Shown: in pieces, positions 7,732 through 19,700 of the stretch
Numbering within the stretch: the first letter of the stretch is position 1
How the letters are laid out: every line of letters begins with the position of its first letter
Origin: an uncultured delta proteobacterium
GTDB taxonomy: Bacteria; Myxococcota_A; Polyangia; Polyangiales; B10-G4
Reading direction: 5' to 3'
Assembly: GCA_963727445.1 (NCBI GenBank)
Contig: CAVSGI010000010.1
Span: 352,001 to 416,000, forward strand
DNA: 64,000 bases
Made by a program: the position numbers and the translations under genes
The notes under the pieces: model-generated
Database searches by the model: none
The model's input: only the letters and a program-made list of their open reading frames with translations
What the model was told of the DNA's origin: nothing

Positions 7732-9656
7732 TCGGCGGCGTGGGCCTGCCCGTCGCGCTCGCGCGCCGCGAGCTCTTCGAGGAGGCGGTCGCCGGTGGTG
7801 GTGATCTCGTCCGCCCAGTAGCGGCAGCGCGGCTCGGCGCGCTCGAGGTAGCGCTCCAGCACCTCGCGGCGGTGCGGGTGCTTCTGCGCCTGTTCGAGGA
7901 GGATCTCGCAGACCATTTCGTCGGCGAGGAGCTTGGTCAGGCGTTCGGCGTGGAGCATGGCGAAGGCGAAGTCGCGCTTCGGATCCCAGTTCTTGAGGAA
8001 CTTGTCCGGCCACTCGGTGATGGGTTGGTCGGAGACCGAGCGGAACTTGTCGCCGGCCGTCTTGCGCAGCAGGTATTGCTTCACGCCGTCGGACAGGACG
8101 TTGATCTTCGCCACGCGGCGCTCGAGGGGGTCGCGTGCGGAGACCGAGCGCCAGCGTGCCTGCGCCGCGCGTCGCACGAAGCGCTGCGGGCTGTTCATGA
8201 TACCGCCGAGCGTGTCCTTCATGGCCATCAGCGACTGGATCTGGCTGGTGCCTTCGTAGATGGGCATCACCATCGCGTCGCGGAGGAGCTTCTCGGCGGG
8301 ATACTCGTTCATGTAGCCGTTGCCGCCGTGGATCTGGACGCAGCGGCGTGCCATCTGCACCGCCTTCTCACTGGCCAGGTACTTGAGGAGCGGCGTCGCG
8401 CGCCGGGAGAGGCGCTGCCGGCGCTTCGCCTCTCGCTCCATCTCCTCGGCAGACATGCCCGATTGCGAACCTCCAAAGCGCGCGCCGAGGAGAAACTTTT
8501 GTGCGATCTCCTCGTGGTATGCCGCCCAGACAGCCATCGCACGGACGGCCTGGATGTCCGTCTTCATCTCTTCGAGGTAGTCGGCGATCATCTCGTGCCG
8601 GTCGATGGTCTTGCCCATCGAGGGGCGCTCCTCGGCGTATGCAATCGCCGCGCGATAGGCGGCCTCACAGATGCCGATGCACTCGAAGCCCACGCCGACC
8701 CGCGCGTTGTTCATCAGTGTGAGCATGTGCTTGAAGCCTTCGCCCCGCTTGCCGATGAGGTCGGCCGGCGCGCGATCGAAGAGGAGCGCCGCGGTGGTCG
8801 AGCCGTGGTGGCCGAGCTTCTCCTCGACCCGCGTGATCTGCACGATGCGCTCGCGGGTCCCGTCTGCGTTCTCCCGATAGGTGGGCACCAGGAACATGGA
8901 GAGCCCACCGAGGCCCGAGAAGGGATCGTCGAGATCGCCCTGAGGCTCGGTGCGCGCGATGACGAAGTGGTACTTCCCGTGACCCGCGGTGATGAAGATC
9001 TTCTCACCGCTCACGTACCAGTTGCCGTCCTCGTCCTGCTCGCCGACCGTGCGGAGCTGCGCCATGTCGCTTCCGGCATGCGGCTCGGTGATGTCCATGC
9101 AGCCCCAGGCCTTGCCGCTGCGGATCTCCTCGATGTAGTCGGCCCACCGCGTGCTGACGATCCGCGCGTTTTCGGCGTCGATCTCGCTCGTCCCCTCGCG
9201 GATCGAGAAGATCAGCATCGCCATGGCCATGCCGCCGTGGAAGCTGTGATGCGCGAGCACCGAGACGTCGGCGCGTCCCATCATCTCCGAGTTCATGAAG
9301 TAGAGCAGCAGCGGACAGTTCATCCCGCCGAGCTCGCGCGGGATGGTCATCCCGTGCAGCTCGAGGGCGGCGATCTTGCGGAAGATCGCTTCGAACTCGG
9401 CGGGCTGCTTCGGCTCGCCGTCCACCAGCTCGACGCCCTCGCGATCGATCTTGGCCGCGTGCGGCGCGATCTCGTTGGCGGTGAACTCGCCGACCATCTC
9501 CGCGATCTCGCGGTAGAACTCGACCGCCTCCTTCGGATCTTTGAACGCGTCCTTGGCGCGGTAATCGAACTCGGTGAGCCGCACCAGCGGCTCCCAGTCG
9601 ATGCCTTCGCGCATGTAGTACTGGAGGTCTTCGTTGTCTTTGAAGAAGTTCGCCAT
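7728..9656 (-). CDS. Acyl-CoA dehydrogenase (long, FadE/DmdC-like)
   Basis: MDITEPHAGSD, GEKIFITAG, EEKLGHHGS, MNNARVGVG, VQIHGGNGY and PIYEGTSQIQ motifs. Confidence 0.9.
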   Translation of the reverse strand: MANFFKDNEDLQYYMREGIDWEPLVRLTEFDYRAKDAFKDPKEAVEFYREIAEMVGEFTANEIAPHAAKIDREGVELVDGEPKQPAEFEAIFRKIAALELHGMTIPRELGGMNCPLLLYFMNSEMMGRADVSVLAHHSFHGGMAMAMLIFSIREGTSEIDAENARIVSTRWADYIEEIRSGKAWGCMDITEPHAGSDMAQLRTVGEQDEDGNWYVSGEKIFITAGHGKYHFVIARTEPQGDLDDPFSGLGGLSMFLVPTYRENADGTRERIVQITRVEEKLGHHGSTTAALLFDRAPADLIGKRGEGFKHMLTLMNNARVGVGFECIGICEAAYRAAIAYAEERPSMGKTIDRHEMIADYLEEMKTDIQAVRAMAVWAAYHEEIAQKFLLGARFGGSQSGMSAEEMEREAKRRQRLSRRATPLLKYLASEKAVQMARRCVQIHGGNGYMNEYPAEKLLRDAMVMPIYEGTSQIQSLMAMKDTLGGIMNSPQRFVRRAAQARWRSVSARDPLERRVAKINVLSDGVKQYLLRKTAGDKFRSVSDQPITEWPDKFLKNWDPKRDFAFAMLHAERLTKLLADEMVCEILLEQAQKHPHRREVLERYLERAEPRCRYWADEITTTGDRLLEELAARERDGQAHAAE

Positions 9657-9659
9657 GCA

Positions 9660-10247
9660 TCACCTCTCGTCGAGGAAGAGGCTCGTGCGCGCAATGCGGA
9701 GCAGCTCCTCGTCGAAACTCTCGTCGTCTCCGTTGCCGGCCAGCGCGCCGAGCACCGGGCGGGCGGCCATCCCCGTGAGCACCAGGGTGATCACGTGGAC
9801 CAGATACTTCGCGGGATCGACGTCGGGGCGCACCAACCCCTCCTTCTTTCCCTGCTCGATGTAGTCGGTCAGAAGTGCGATGAAGGGCTGGATCGCTTCC
9901 GTGAGCTGCGCCTTCATCGCGTCCGGGCGGTCCATCAGCTCGCGGATCACCAGCCTCGCCCGGTCCGGGTCGGTCTCGAAGAAGCGGATGAGCTCGCGAC
10001 CGAGCGCGTCGAAGCGACCGTGGCCGCTGGAGATGGTCGAGAGCACCCGTGGCAGCACCTCGCCCCAGTGCCGGGACAACTCGTCCAGCACGCTCTGGCG
10101 GAGCGCGTCCTTGCTCGGGAAGTGGTAGAGCAGGGACGGCTTCTTGATCCCGACCTCGTCGGCGATGGCCGACAGGCTGGTCCCGTCGAAGCCCCGCCGG
10201 GCGAAGAGACGGGTGGCGGTGCTGAGGATCTGGGTGCGAACGTCCAA
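9660..10247 (-). CDS. TetR/AcrR family transcriptional regulator
   Basis: [43 protein letters not shown]. The TTG start at 10247 is inferred. Confidence 0.9.
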   Translation of the reverse strand: MDVRTQILSTATRLFARRGFDGTSLSAIADEVGIKKPSLLYHFPSKDALRQSVLDELSRHWGEVLPRVLSTISSGHGRFDALGRELIRFFETDPDRARLVIRELMDRPDAMKAQLTEAIQPFIALLTDYIEQGKKEGLVRPDVDPAKYLVHVITLVLTGMAARPVLGALAGNGDDESFDEELLRIARTSLFLDER

Positions 10248-10278
10248 AATGCCTCGTAAAAGCGGGCGAGAGGGCTCT

Positions 10279-10314
10279 CTACCGACCGGTCGATATCTGT
10301 CTACCGCACGGTAG
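10279..10314. promoter_or_regulatory. Two tandem palindromic sites, probable TetR operators
   Basis: CTACCGACCGGTCG (10279-10292) and CTACCGCACGGTAG (10301-10314) are 22 bp apart, in the divergent tetR/groEL spacer. Confidence 0.5.
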
Positions 10315-10437
10315 GCAGGGATGCAAGAGGGCGCGAGCCGCTGTGGGGCCGTGAGGAATGACAGACCGCCCAATTCCAAGGGCGCCGAGATGTGCTTATG
10401 GGTCTCGCCCCAACGCAAAAACGGAGAAAGACACGAC

Positions 10438-12105
<1,668 letters not shown>

Positions 12106-12148
12106 GAACGCAGGCGAAGCGTAGTTGACAGGAAGCGCAGGCCGCGCG

Positions 12149-12334
12149 TCACGTGATGTCCCCGAGGAGCGTCGCTCCCCACGCCAACACGTAGACCGCG
12201 GCCGCGATCCCTGCGCCGATCGACGGGAGGAGCAGCGAGCGTTTGCGTCGCCGGGCGAGGACCGCCGCCGCCCCCAGGGCGAGCGCGGTGGTGGATGCCG
12301 CGACCATGGCGAGGTAGAGGGCGAGGGCGGTCAT
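12149..12334 (-). CDS. Small 2-TM membrane protein
   Basis: MTALALYLAMVAA...VYVLAWGATLLGDIT, with an ATGA overlap with the upstream stop. Confidence 0.5.
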   Translation of the reverse strand: MTALALYLAMVAASTTALALGAAAVLARRRKRSLLLPSIGAGIAAAVYVLAWGATLLGDIT

Positions 12335-13266
12335 GATTCGTCCTCGCATCGGAGGTCGTCCGGGGGAGGTCCGTGGCGCAGGTCGAAGGAGACCGCCGAA
12401 GTGAACGCGTCGAAGACCTCGACCCCGATGCCCGCGAGAGACGCGAGGGACACGGACTTCTCGGTCCACATGCAAAGCCGCACACCCTCTCCGTCAGCGT
12501 CGGGCACGTGTCCCGCGAGCGTGGCGTCGACATCCATCGAGTGCGCCCGGCCCGAGAAGCTCACGATGGCGGGACGGTCGGGATCGACGACCAGATGCAC
12601 CGCGTGGTAGCGGCCGTTCGGGACGAGCGTCATCTCGGAGGCGAGGCGGCCTCGCAGATCGATGAACCGCGCCTGGAACTTGCCTCGTTCGCGAACCCAG
12701 AGACGACCCCGTCCACCCGTCACGTGGAAGTGCAAGGGGGCGTGGCTGACGGCGACGGTCACATCGACGGTCCCCCACTCGATGCCGCGCACGTCCAACA
12801 CACGGCGGCTAGTCGGCGGCTCTTCGGCCGACGAAGCGCTGTCCAATGCCACTTCGATGGTGGGCTTGCCCTCGCCGTGGTTCACCACGACGACCCGCGT
12901 CTCCTCGGCGTACAGGTGGTCGACGTGAAGACCGCGATCGACGAGGGAGCCCCACAGATCGAGATGCGCCCGAACGTTTCGCAGTTGCAAGACCTCCTCG
13001 CCGTCCGGATGCCATGCGCGGATGCTGTTCATCCGAAGCGACGGCAACGACGTGGAGGTGATGCCGCGAACCTCCAGGCGCCCCACGACCTGCCCGGAAG
13101 CGAATCGGGACACCGCTGTCGCGAGGGCCGTGCGTCCGACGGGTGTGGCCAGATGTAGATACGCGCTCAGAAGCGTCACCAGGCCGACACCCAGGACCCA
13201 CGCTGCGATCGCCAACCCGCGCCGCAGGATTCGGCGTGTAAGGGGCTTGTCGGACTTCGAGCTCAT
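12331..13266 (-). CDS. Hypothetical protein with N-terminal anchor, resembling the AsmA/TamB N-terminal region
   Basis: TM segment followed by 'LATPVGR..LA..VS......V.GRLEV.GI' and beta-rich sequence. Confidence 0.5.
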   Translation of the reverse strand: MSSKSDKPLTRRILRRGLAIAAWVLGVGLVTLLSAYLHLATPVGRTALATAVSRFASGQVVGRLEVRGITSTSLPSLRMNSIRAWHPDGEEVLQLRNVRAHLDLWGSLVDRGLHVDHLYAEETRVVVVNHGEGKPTIEVALDSASSAEEPPTSRRVLDVRGIEWGTVDVTVAVSHAPLHFHVTGGRGRLWVRERGKFQARFIDLRGRLASEMTLVPNGRYHAVHLVVDPDRPAIVSFSGRAHSMDVDATLAGHVPDADGEGVRLCMWTEKSVSLASLAGIGVEVFDAFTSAVSFDLRHGPPPDDLRCEDES

Positions 13267-13300
13267 ACAGATGCGCCGTGCCGGCGATGACCGAGGTCCG

Positions 13301-13993
13301 TCAGATCACCGCGTCGATCACGTTCACGTCGACGATCGGTTGAACGACCGTGCGGATGTGGACGGAAGCGGGAAGGTTCTCGAAGGTGGGAACGGTGAGG
13401 GTCAATCCGAGGCGCGCATGCGCCTCCGTCTGGTTCTCCACCGCCGCCTTCAGGCGGTTCAGCGTGGTCATCGGCATGTCCTTCTCCAACGTCCCAGCCC
13501 GCGCCGCAGGGAGATCCGCAGCGGTGAAGATGACCTCTCCGTCGCTCGACAGCTCGAAGTCGGACACGGTTTCGGGGACGCGGATGGGGTTGCCCATCGC
13601 ATCGGAGAGCACGAATTCGGTGGCGTGGATGCGCGCGCTTCGAACCCCGTCGACTTCGAACCCATCGAGCTGATTGCTGACCTCTCGTGTTTGCTGCTCG
13701 TCGAAGATGACGACGTCCACGTCGGGAAGCGCGATCCGACATCCACTTCCCACACTCATCAGGGTGATCGTGTAGGTGTCGCCACTCGGATCCGGGACGG
13801 TGTACATCCCAGTCGGGCAGATGGTCCTGTCGATGCTGCCCAGTTCGTAGGTCGCGTCGAGCTCCACCGGATCGATGTCTCCCTCGCCGAGGGTGATGGT
13901 CACCAGATCCTGTACGGTGTTGCAGCCCGCGAGGAGCGAGAGTGAGAGAAAGAGGGGCGCGATCGCGCGCAAGTCGATTCTCGAACGTTGCAT
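13301..13993 (-). CDS. Hypothetical lipoprotein
   Basis: Lipobox LLAGC, 230 aa, protein-like composition. Confidence 0.65.
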   Translation of the reverse strand: MQRSRIDLRAIAPLFLSLSLLAGCNTVQDLVTITLGEGDIDPVELDATYELGSIDRTICPTGMYTVPDPSGDTYTITLMSVGSGCRIALPDVDVVIFDEQQTREVSNQLDGFEVDGVRSARIHATEFVLSDAMGNPIRVPETVSDFELSSDGEVIFTAADLPAARAGTLEKDMPMTTLNRLKAAVENQTEAHARLGLTLTVPTFENLPASVHIRTVVQPIVDVNVIDAVI

Positions 13994-14067
13994 GTAAGAC
14001 CGGTAGTCGCCGATCTCGTGGCGGCAAAGCGACGAGCTCGCGTGCAGGCGGCGCGGTCGTGCGGCGT

Positions 14068-15024
14068 TCAGCCTGCTGAAGCGCCTTCCTGCTCCGCGAC
14101 GACCTCGATTCCACCCGTGTCGAGCTCCGGCCCCGTCCTACGCCACGCTTCGAAGTAGACCTCGAGACGATCGACATACGCGTCCTTTCGCTCGGCGAAG
14201 AGCCGTCGCGCGAGGCGAATGGAGCGCCGTTCGAGCTCCGAGCGAACGCCGTCGGCCAATGTCGTCAGTGCCTCGATCTCCGAGCTGGAGATGGGAGCAT
14301 CCCGCACGACCGTGGCGAGGTCGGCGAGATCGTGTGCGTCTCCGAGCGCATCGCTCAAGTCGTGAAGGTTCGACCGTCGATGCTCGAGGATCGAGCTGGC
14401 CGTCGGGCGGAGCAGGTGCACGTGATACCGGGCGTACTTCACCCGTTTTCTCAGCTGGTGAAACGACTCCAACGTGGGCGCCTGCCCAACCTCCTCGACG
14501 CGTCTTCGCGCCCGCTCATGGGTCTTCGCGACGCCCGAGGCGATCGGTTCGAAGGCGTCGTCCACGCGCACCTCTCCCACGTCCAGCAGCCCGTCCTTGA
14601 TGAGCGCGGTCGCGCGTAGCATCGGAGCGTGGTCCTCCACCAGTTCCTGGGTCCTGCGAGAAGCCTCGTCGGAGAGCCACTCACGTACTTCGCCCAGCCC
14701 GTGGGGCGGAGTCAGGTCGCGGTGCGCACGCTGCAGCCTTTCGAAGGTCGCGAGTCGCGCATGCGCATCACGGTGTTCCGAGAGCTGTCGGGAGGCGTCG
14801 CGGAAGCGGGAGTTGGCGCGGGTGTAGACGTCACCGATCGCGGGGCGGACGAACCGTACGAGCGCTCGCAGCTTCTTGCATCGCTTCCTCACGTCGTGAA
14901 TCGCGTCCTCGATCCGTGACGGGTCGCGAACGCGCGCAGAGGCCACGGCTCGAGCAGTCTGCTCGCCCGCGATCCGGCGAATCGCCGATGTCAGGTCTTC
15001 GCCCCTTCCGAGCCGGTAGCTCAC
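14068..15024 (-). CDS. CHAD domain protein (polyphosphate-binding family)
   Basis: IHDVRKRCKKLRA, FHQLRKRVKYARY and LSDALGDAHD motifs. Confidence 0.85.
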   Translation of the reverse strand: MSYRLGRGEDLTSAIRRIAGEQTARAVASARVRDPSRIEDAIHDVRKRCKKLRALVRFVRPAIGDVYTRANSRFRDASRQLSEHRDAHARLATFERLQRAHRDLTPPHGLGEVREWLSDEASRRTQELVEDHAPMLRATALIKDGLLDVGEVRVDDAFEPIASGVAKTHERARRRVEEVGQAPTLESFHQLRKRVKYARYHVHLLRPTASSILEHRRSNLHDLSDALGDAHDLADLATVVRDAPISSSEIEALTTLADGVRSELERRSIRLARRLFAERKDAYVDRLEVYFEAWRRTGPELDTGGIEVVAEQEGASAG

Positions 15025-15127
15025 GCGCCCCGGACGCGCTGCGCAAAGCCCTCGATGTATTCGGCGCGCTTCATCTTCATCTACGTCGTAGGACCGTTGG
15101 CTATCGGCGCAAGACGCGCCGGAACGC

Positions 15128-16415
15128 TCAGCGGCGTTCCCTCCGCGCCCCCAACCGTCCGACGCGCGGCACCAGAAAAAACGCGACCGCCGTAAACCCG
15201 GCGCTCACCGCCACCAACAGCGCGTAGGCCCCCTCCGCGCCGATTTCAGCAAGCCACGCGCTGTAGAACCAGCCACCGGCGGCTTCGGCGAGCCCAGTCG
15301 AGAGGTTCGACACGGACATGAGGATGGCGAAGACGGTGCCGGCGAGCGCGGGCGGGCAGTAGCGTGCGGCCATGTCGAACTGCACCAGCGACGCGAGCAT
15401 CGAGGTGAAGCCGAAGAACGCCGCCACCGCGTAAGCCGACGTCGGACCGCGGAGCGCCAGGAAGCAGAGCGTGGAGAGGATGGCGAGCCCCACGCAGGCC
15501 CAGACGAGTCGGACGAAGGCGACGCGCCGACAGAATCGCACCGTAGGTCGCGCTCGCCAGCACCGCCGCGACCGCCTGAACGGAAACCGTCTCCCCGTAG
15601 AGCGACTCGTCCAGGTGGAGGGCTTCGGTCATGTGGACGTAGGTGACGGAGGCGCCGAAGGGATTGAAACCCACGAAGAAGAGAAAGAGGGCGACGAGCA
15701 GGACCGCGGGATGCCGCGCCGTGGCGCCGAGCGAACGCGCGGCGCCTTTCAACGACGCCTCGCCCCGCGGCGCCGGCGGCTCGCGCACCAGGGTCAGCGC
15801 GACCACGAGCGCACCGCCCGCCGTGAGGGCGCAGATCGCGAAGCCCAATCTCTGCAGGCCGTGCTGCGACAGGTAGCCGCCGAGCCAGCCGGTGAGGATC
15901 GTGGCGGTGTACATCGCGCCCCATTGCATCGACTGCAGTGTCCCAGTGAGGCCTCGTGGCTGGCCTTCTTCCACCATCAGTGCATCGACCACCACGTCGG
16001 TGAAGGCGACGCCCACGGTGGGAACGAAGAGGAGCCCGAGAAGCAAGCCCACCGCACCATCGGGTACGTCGATCAGCCACAGGACGAAGAGCGCGGTGGC
16101 GGTGGCCAGGGTCCAGAGCACCAGCCATCCCTTTCGCCGCGAACCGAACACCGGGACGAAGTCGGTCGCGAGCCCGTAGAGGGGCTTGATCATCCACGGA
16201 ACGGAGAGCAGCGCGGCGAAGGCGCCGATGGCGGCGGCATCGTGCCCCCAGGAACGCAACAGGGAGCGCACCGGCTGCGCGATCAGCCCCTCGGTGGGCT
16301 CCGCCACCCCTTGCACGAAGTAGAGCGCACCGAAGACGAAGAGCAGTCGCCGCCGCTCCGGCGCGCGGTTGCCGTCGTCGGGAAGCATGCTCTCGTCTGG
16401 CGGCGGCATCTCCAT
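15128..16415 (-). CDS. MFS transporter, BT1/folate-biopterin-like (frameshift near 15536)
   Basis: LYFVQG, PWMIKPLYGLATD..P.FGSRRK and DVVVDALMV motifs. The C-terminal half continues in another frame (AARYCPPALAGTVFAILMSVSN). Confidence 0.75.
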
Positions 16416-16473
16416 GGAACATTTTTGATCAGCGCACCGGCGCGAGGCGACTCAGAGCTGCAAGGAGCCGAAC

Positions 16474-16725
16474 TTGATCTCGAAACGAACGCTTTGTGCC
16501 CTGTCGTTCCTCGTGTCCCTCGGTTGCGGAGGCGGAGCGGACGTGGGCCAGCCCTGCGACACCGTGGGCAGTCCCGATGAATGTGTCGCCAATGCGGTCT
16601 GCACCGACGAGCCGGGCGGAAACGTCTGCGCAGAGGTGTGCATGGAGGACACCGACTGCCCAGCCAGTTACTTCTGTGATTCCGTCCCCGGCAGCGCCCA
16701 GGATACCTGTCAGATCCGGCGTTGA
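16474..16725 (+). CDS. Small Cys-rich lipoprotein
   Basis: AAGGAG RBS, TTG start, lipobox SLGC and eight further Cys. Confidence 0.65.
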   Translation: MISKRTLCALSFLVSLGCGGGADVGQPCDTVGSPDECVANAVCTDEPGGNVCAEVCMEDTDCPASYFCDSVPGSAQDTCQIRR

Positions 16726-16780
16726 TCACGCCCTGCGCGAGGCGGCCGAGCAAACGAGCGAGGGCCCCTCGAGACTCGGT

Positions 16781-19700
16781 TCAGTCGTCGAGGAGCTTCG
16801 GGTCCACGATGATCGACGGCAGGTCGCCGTCCTGCGACGGCTTCGGCTTGGGCTTCGGCGGCGGGAGGGGGATCTCGGCGGTCTCTGCTTCGGCGATGGT
16901 CGGCGGTGAGGCGATGCGCCGATTCGTGGTCACCTCAGGCACCTCTTCGTTGGCGAGAGCGGCGGCGGGGATCGGCGGTGGCGCGGGCGGGCCGCTGGCC
17001 TTTCGCGGCGGTGGCAGCGCCACCTCGGAGGTGACCTCCTCCTCTTCCTCGGGCGGTGCCGGGCGCTCGGAGGTGACGGCCTCGTCGTCCACTGCCTCCG
17101 GGGGACCCGAGACCGCGGTCTTCACGTCGCCTTCGTAGGGAGGCGGCGGAGGAGGACCGGAGACGGCGGTCTCGTCCTCCGGCTCCACCGGCGGCAGGGC
17201 CTCGAGACCCGAGGGCGGGCCCGAGACGGCGGTGGTGGGCTCCGGCTCCCTTTCGGGAGGTGGGGGTGGAGGGACGCGGCTCGACTGGGCGAGCCGGGCG
17301 ATCGCCTCGCGCGCCTCGGGATCGTCCGGCGCCAGCTCGATCACGCGCTTCCAGGTGTCCGCGGCCTCCCACGGGTTGTTCGCTTCCTCTTCCCAGAGCC
17401 TCGCGAGCTGCCGCAGGTGCGAGACGCGCTCCTGATCGTCGTCGAGGCGCGCGATGCGCCGCTCGAGAAGACCGGTGAGCTCTTGCACTCGGCCGGACTC
17501 GATCAGACAGAAACGCAGGCGCCGCATCACGCCTTCGTCGTCCGGGTTCATCGAGATGGAGCGCATGTAGGAGTCGATGGCGTCGCTCTTTCGGCCGAGC
17601 CGCTGCTCGTAGATCTGCGCCTGTCGCGCCACGAGCGCCGCCGCCTCGCGCCGGTCCGTCGACTCCGCGACCATCTTCGACAGGTGCTGATCGAGATGAT
17701 CGAGGAGGTCGCGCTCGACGGCGCTCTCTTCGATCGCGTCGAGAACGCCCTTCTCGGTCGGCGCGAGCGCCAGCGCCGTCTTGAGCACGCCGAAGGCGAC
17801 CTCCTGGAGGCCCAGCTTGGCCTTCATGCGTCTGGCCGCGCGAACCAGCGCCTTGGCGCGCGCCGCGTTGGGCGCGGCCGGGTCGTTGCCGCGGGATTCG
17901 TAGACGCGGACCAGTTGCTCCGTGCCCTCGCGACCCAGGCGCTCCGCCGCAGCCTCGATCCGATCGAGGAGCGTGTCTTCGTCTCCCGCTTCGTTCACCG
18001 CTTCGCGCAACATCTGTTGGACGATGCGGGACTTGCCCGCGCGATACGCGACCCGTGCACCGCGGCAGAGAAGCCCGACGGCTTCCTCGCCCCCGATGAG
18101 ATGCCCGCGGTCGACATAGGCCAGCAGCACGTCGTCCATCCGGCCCGAGCGCGGCGCGAGTGTCTCGAGCTCGTCGAGCAGCACCTCGTTGGTCGGCATG
18201 AGCGCGCTCACTCGGAGCAGCCGATCCACCGCCTCGTCGGACCGCCCGCGCGCGGTGAGGTAGTTCGAGTGGCGGAGCGCCAGCGCCACCGAGTCCGCTT
18301 CGGTCGGCGCCTTCTCGATCAGCTGCTCGTAGAGCGCATCGAGCTTTGCCGAAGCGCCTGCGGACTCGGCGAAGCGCTCCGCGCGATCCAGGAGCTCTTC
18401 GCCCGCGCCCACGAGCTCGAGCGCGCGGGTGGTGGCGGTGAGCGCTTCCTGGAATCGGCCGGCTTTGGCGAAGCGGTCCGCCGCCCCGACCACCAGGCGC
18501 AAGCGCTGAGCCGGCGCCTCGGCGCGCCCCGCGACCTCGATCAAGAACCAGGCGCGTGCGTTTTCGCTCTCCGCCTCGTCTGTATTGCTCTCGGTCGGGT
18601 GGGCCGCCTCGGTCGCTGCTTCGGCGACGATGTCGATCCACCTCTGACGGTCTTTGCGCGCGAGGCGGATGAGGTCGTCGAGGCGCGCGAGGAGACCACC
18701 CCAGTCCTCGCGTTCGGCGAGAGCCGGCAGCAGCGCGACGCGCGGGTCGATCTCGTCGGGGGCCATCTCCTCCCATCGAGAGAGCGCCCGAACCATGCCC
18801 GTCGTCTCTTTGAGAGGGCCCTCGTAGAGCTTGGCGAGGAGGCGGAGCACGTACCGCTTGCGCTTTCCTTCGGTCAGCGGCACCTGCGCCTCGAGCGCGC
18901 GCGCCTGCATCCGTTGGTCTCCCGTCTCTTTCGCCAGATTCTCCAGGTGCTCGAGGAGCGCCACGTTCTTCTGACCGAAGGACTTCGCGGCGTGGGCGAG
19001 GACCTTCATCGCGAGCTGCGGCCGGCCCAGATCGGTCGCGAGGATCTCGGCACGTTCGAGCGCGTGCCCACTCCTGACGTCCGGATCGGTGGTGACCGCC
19101 GCGAGGCGCGCGAGGATCACGTCGAGCCGCGCCGCGTCCCCTTCTTCGCGGGCGTCGTCACGGAGCTTCTCGAGCTCGGCGGCGTCGTTGGTGTCGCCCA
19201 CGAGCTGCGTCCACATCCGCAGCGCCTCGTCCGGATCCTGGAGCTGGTCGGCGGAGAGCCTCGCCATGCGCTCCTGGTGGACGCGGCGGCTCTCGGCGTC
19301 GAGGGCCGAGGAGAGCAGCAGCCCGAGCACGATCTTCTCTTCGCCGAAGCGCTGGGCGCGTCTCAGGGCTGCCGCGGCTTCGGCTGCGAGCTCGCGGTCG
19401 TCCTGCGCGAGCTCGAGAGCGGCCGTGAGCGCGTCGGCCGCTCGGTCCACGTTCGACAGGTGCTCCTCGGCGAGCTCCGCGATGCGCCGGTGGAGGCGGA
19501 CCGCCTCTTTGCCGCTCACCAGCTTCACCCACAGCTCGAGGAGCTCGAGCGCCGCGGCGTAGCGCTCCTGAACGATGGCCAGCTCTACCGAGCGTTCGAG
19601 CGCCTCGGTGTCCTCGGGGTGCGCTTCGCGAACGAGGGCCCAGGCCTCGGCCGCACGGGCGGTCTGACCCCACTCGTCGAAGAGGCGCGCGAGAATGCGA

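Noticed and set aside
10321..10437. CIRCE element or small groES upstream of groEL
   Set aside because: No TTAGCACTC-N9-GAGTGCTAA is present, and the spacer is too short for groES.
12331..15024. Possible horizontally acquired island after groEL (seemingly less GC-biased codons)
   Set aside because: No integrase, tRNA or flanking repeats were found, and the compositional shift cannot be quantified by eye.
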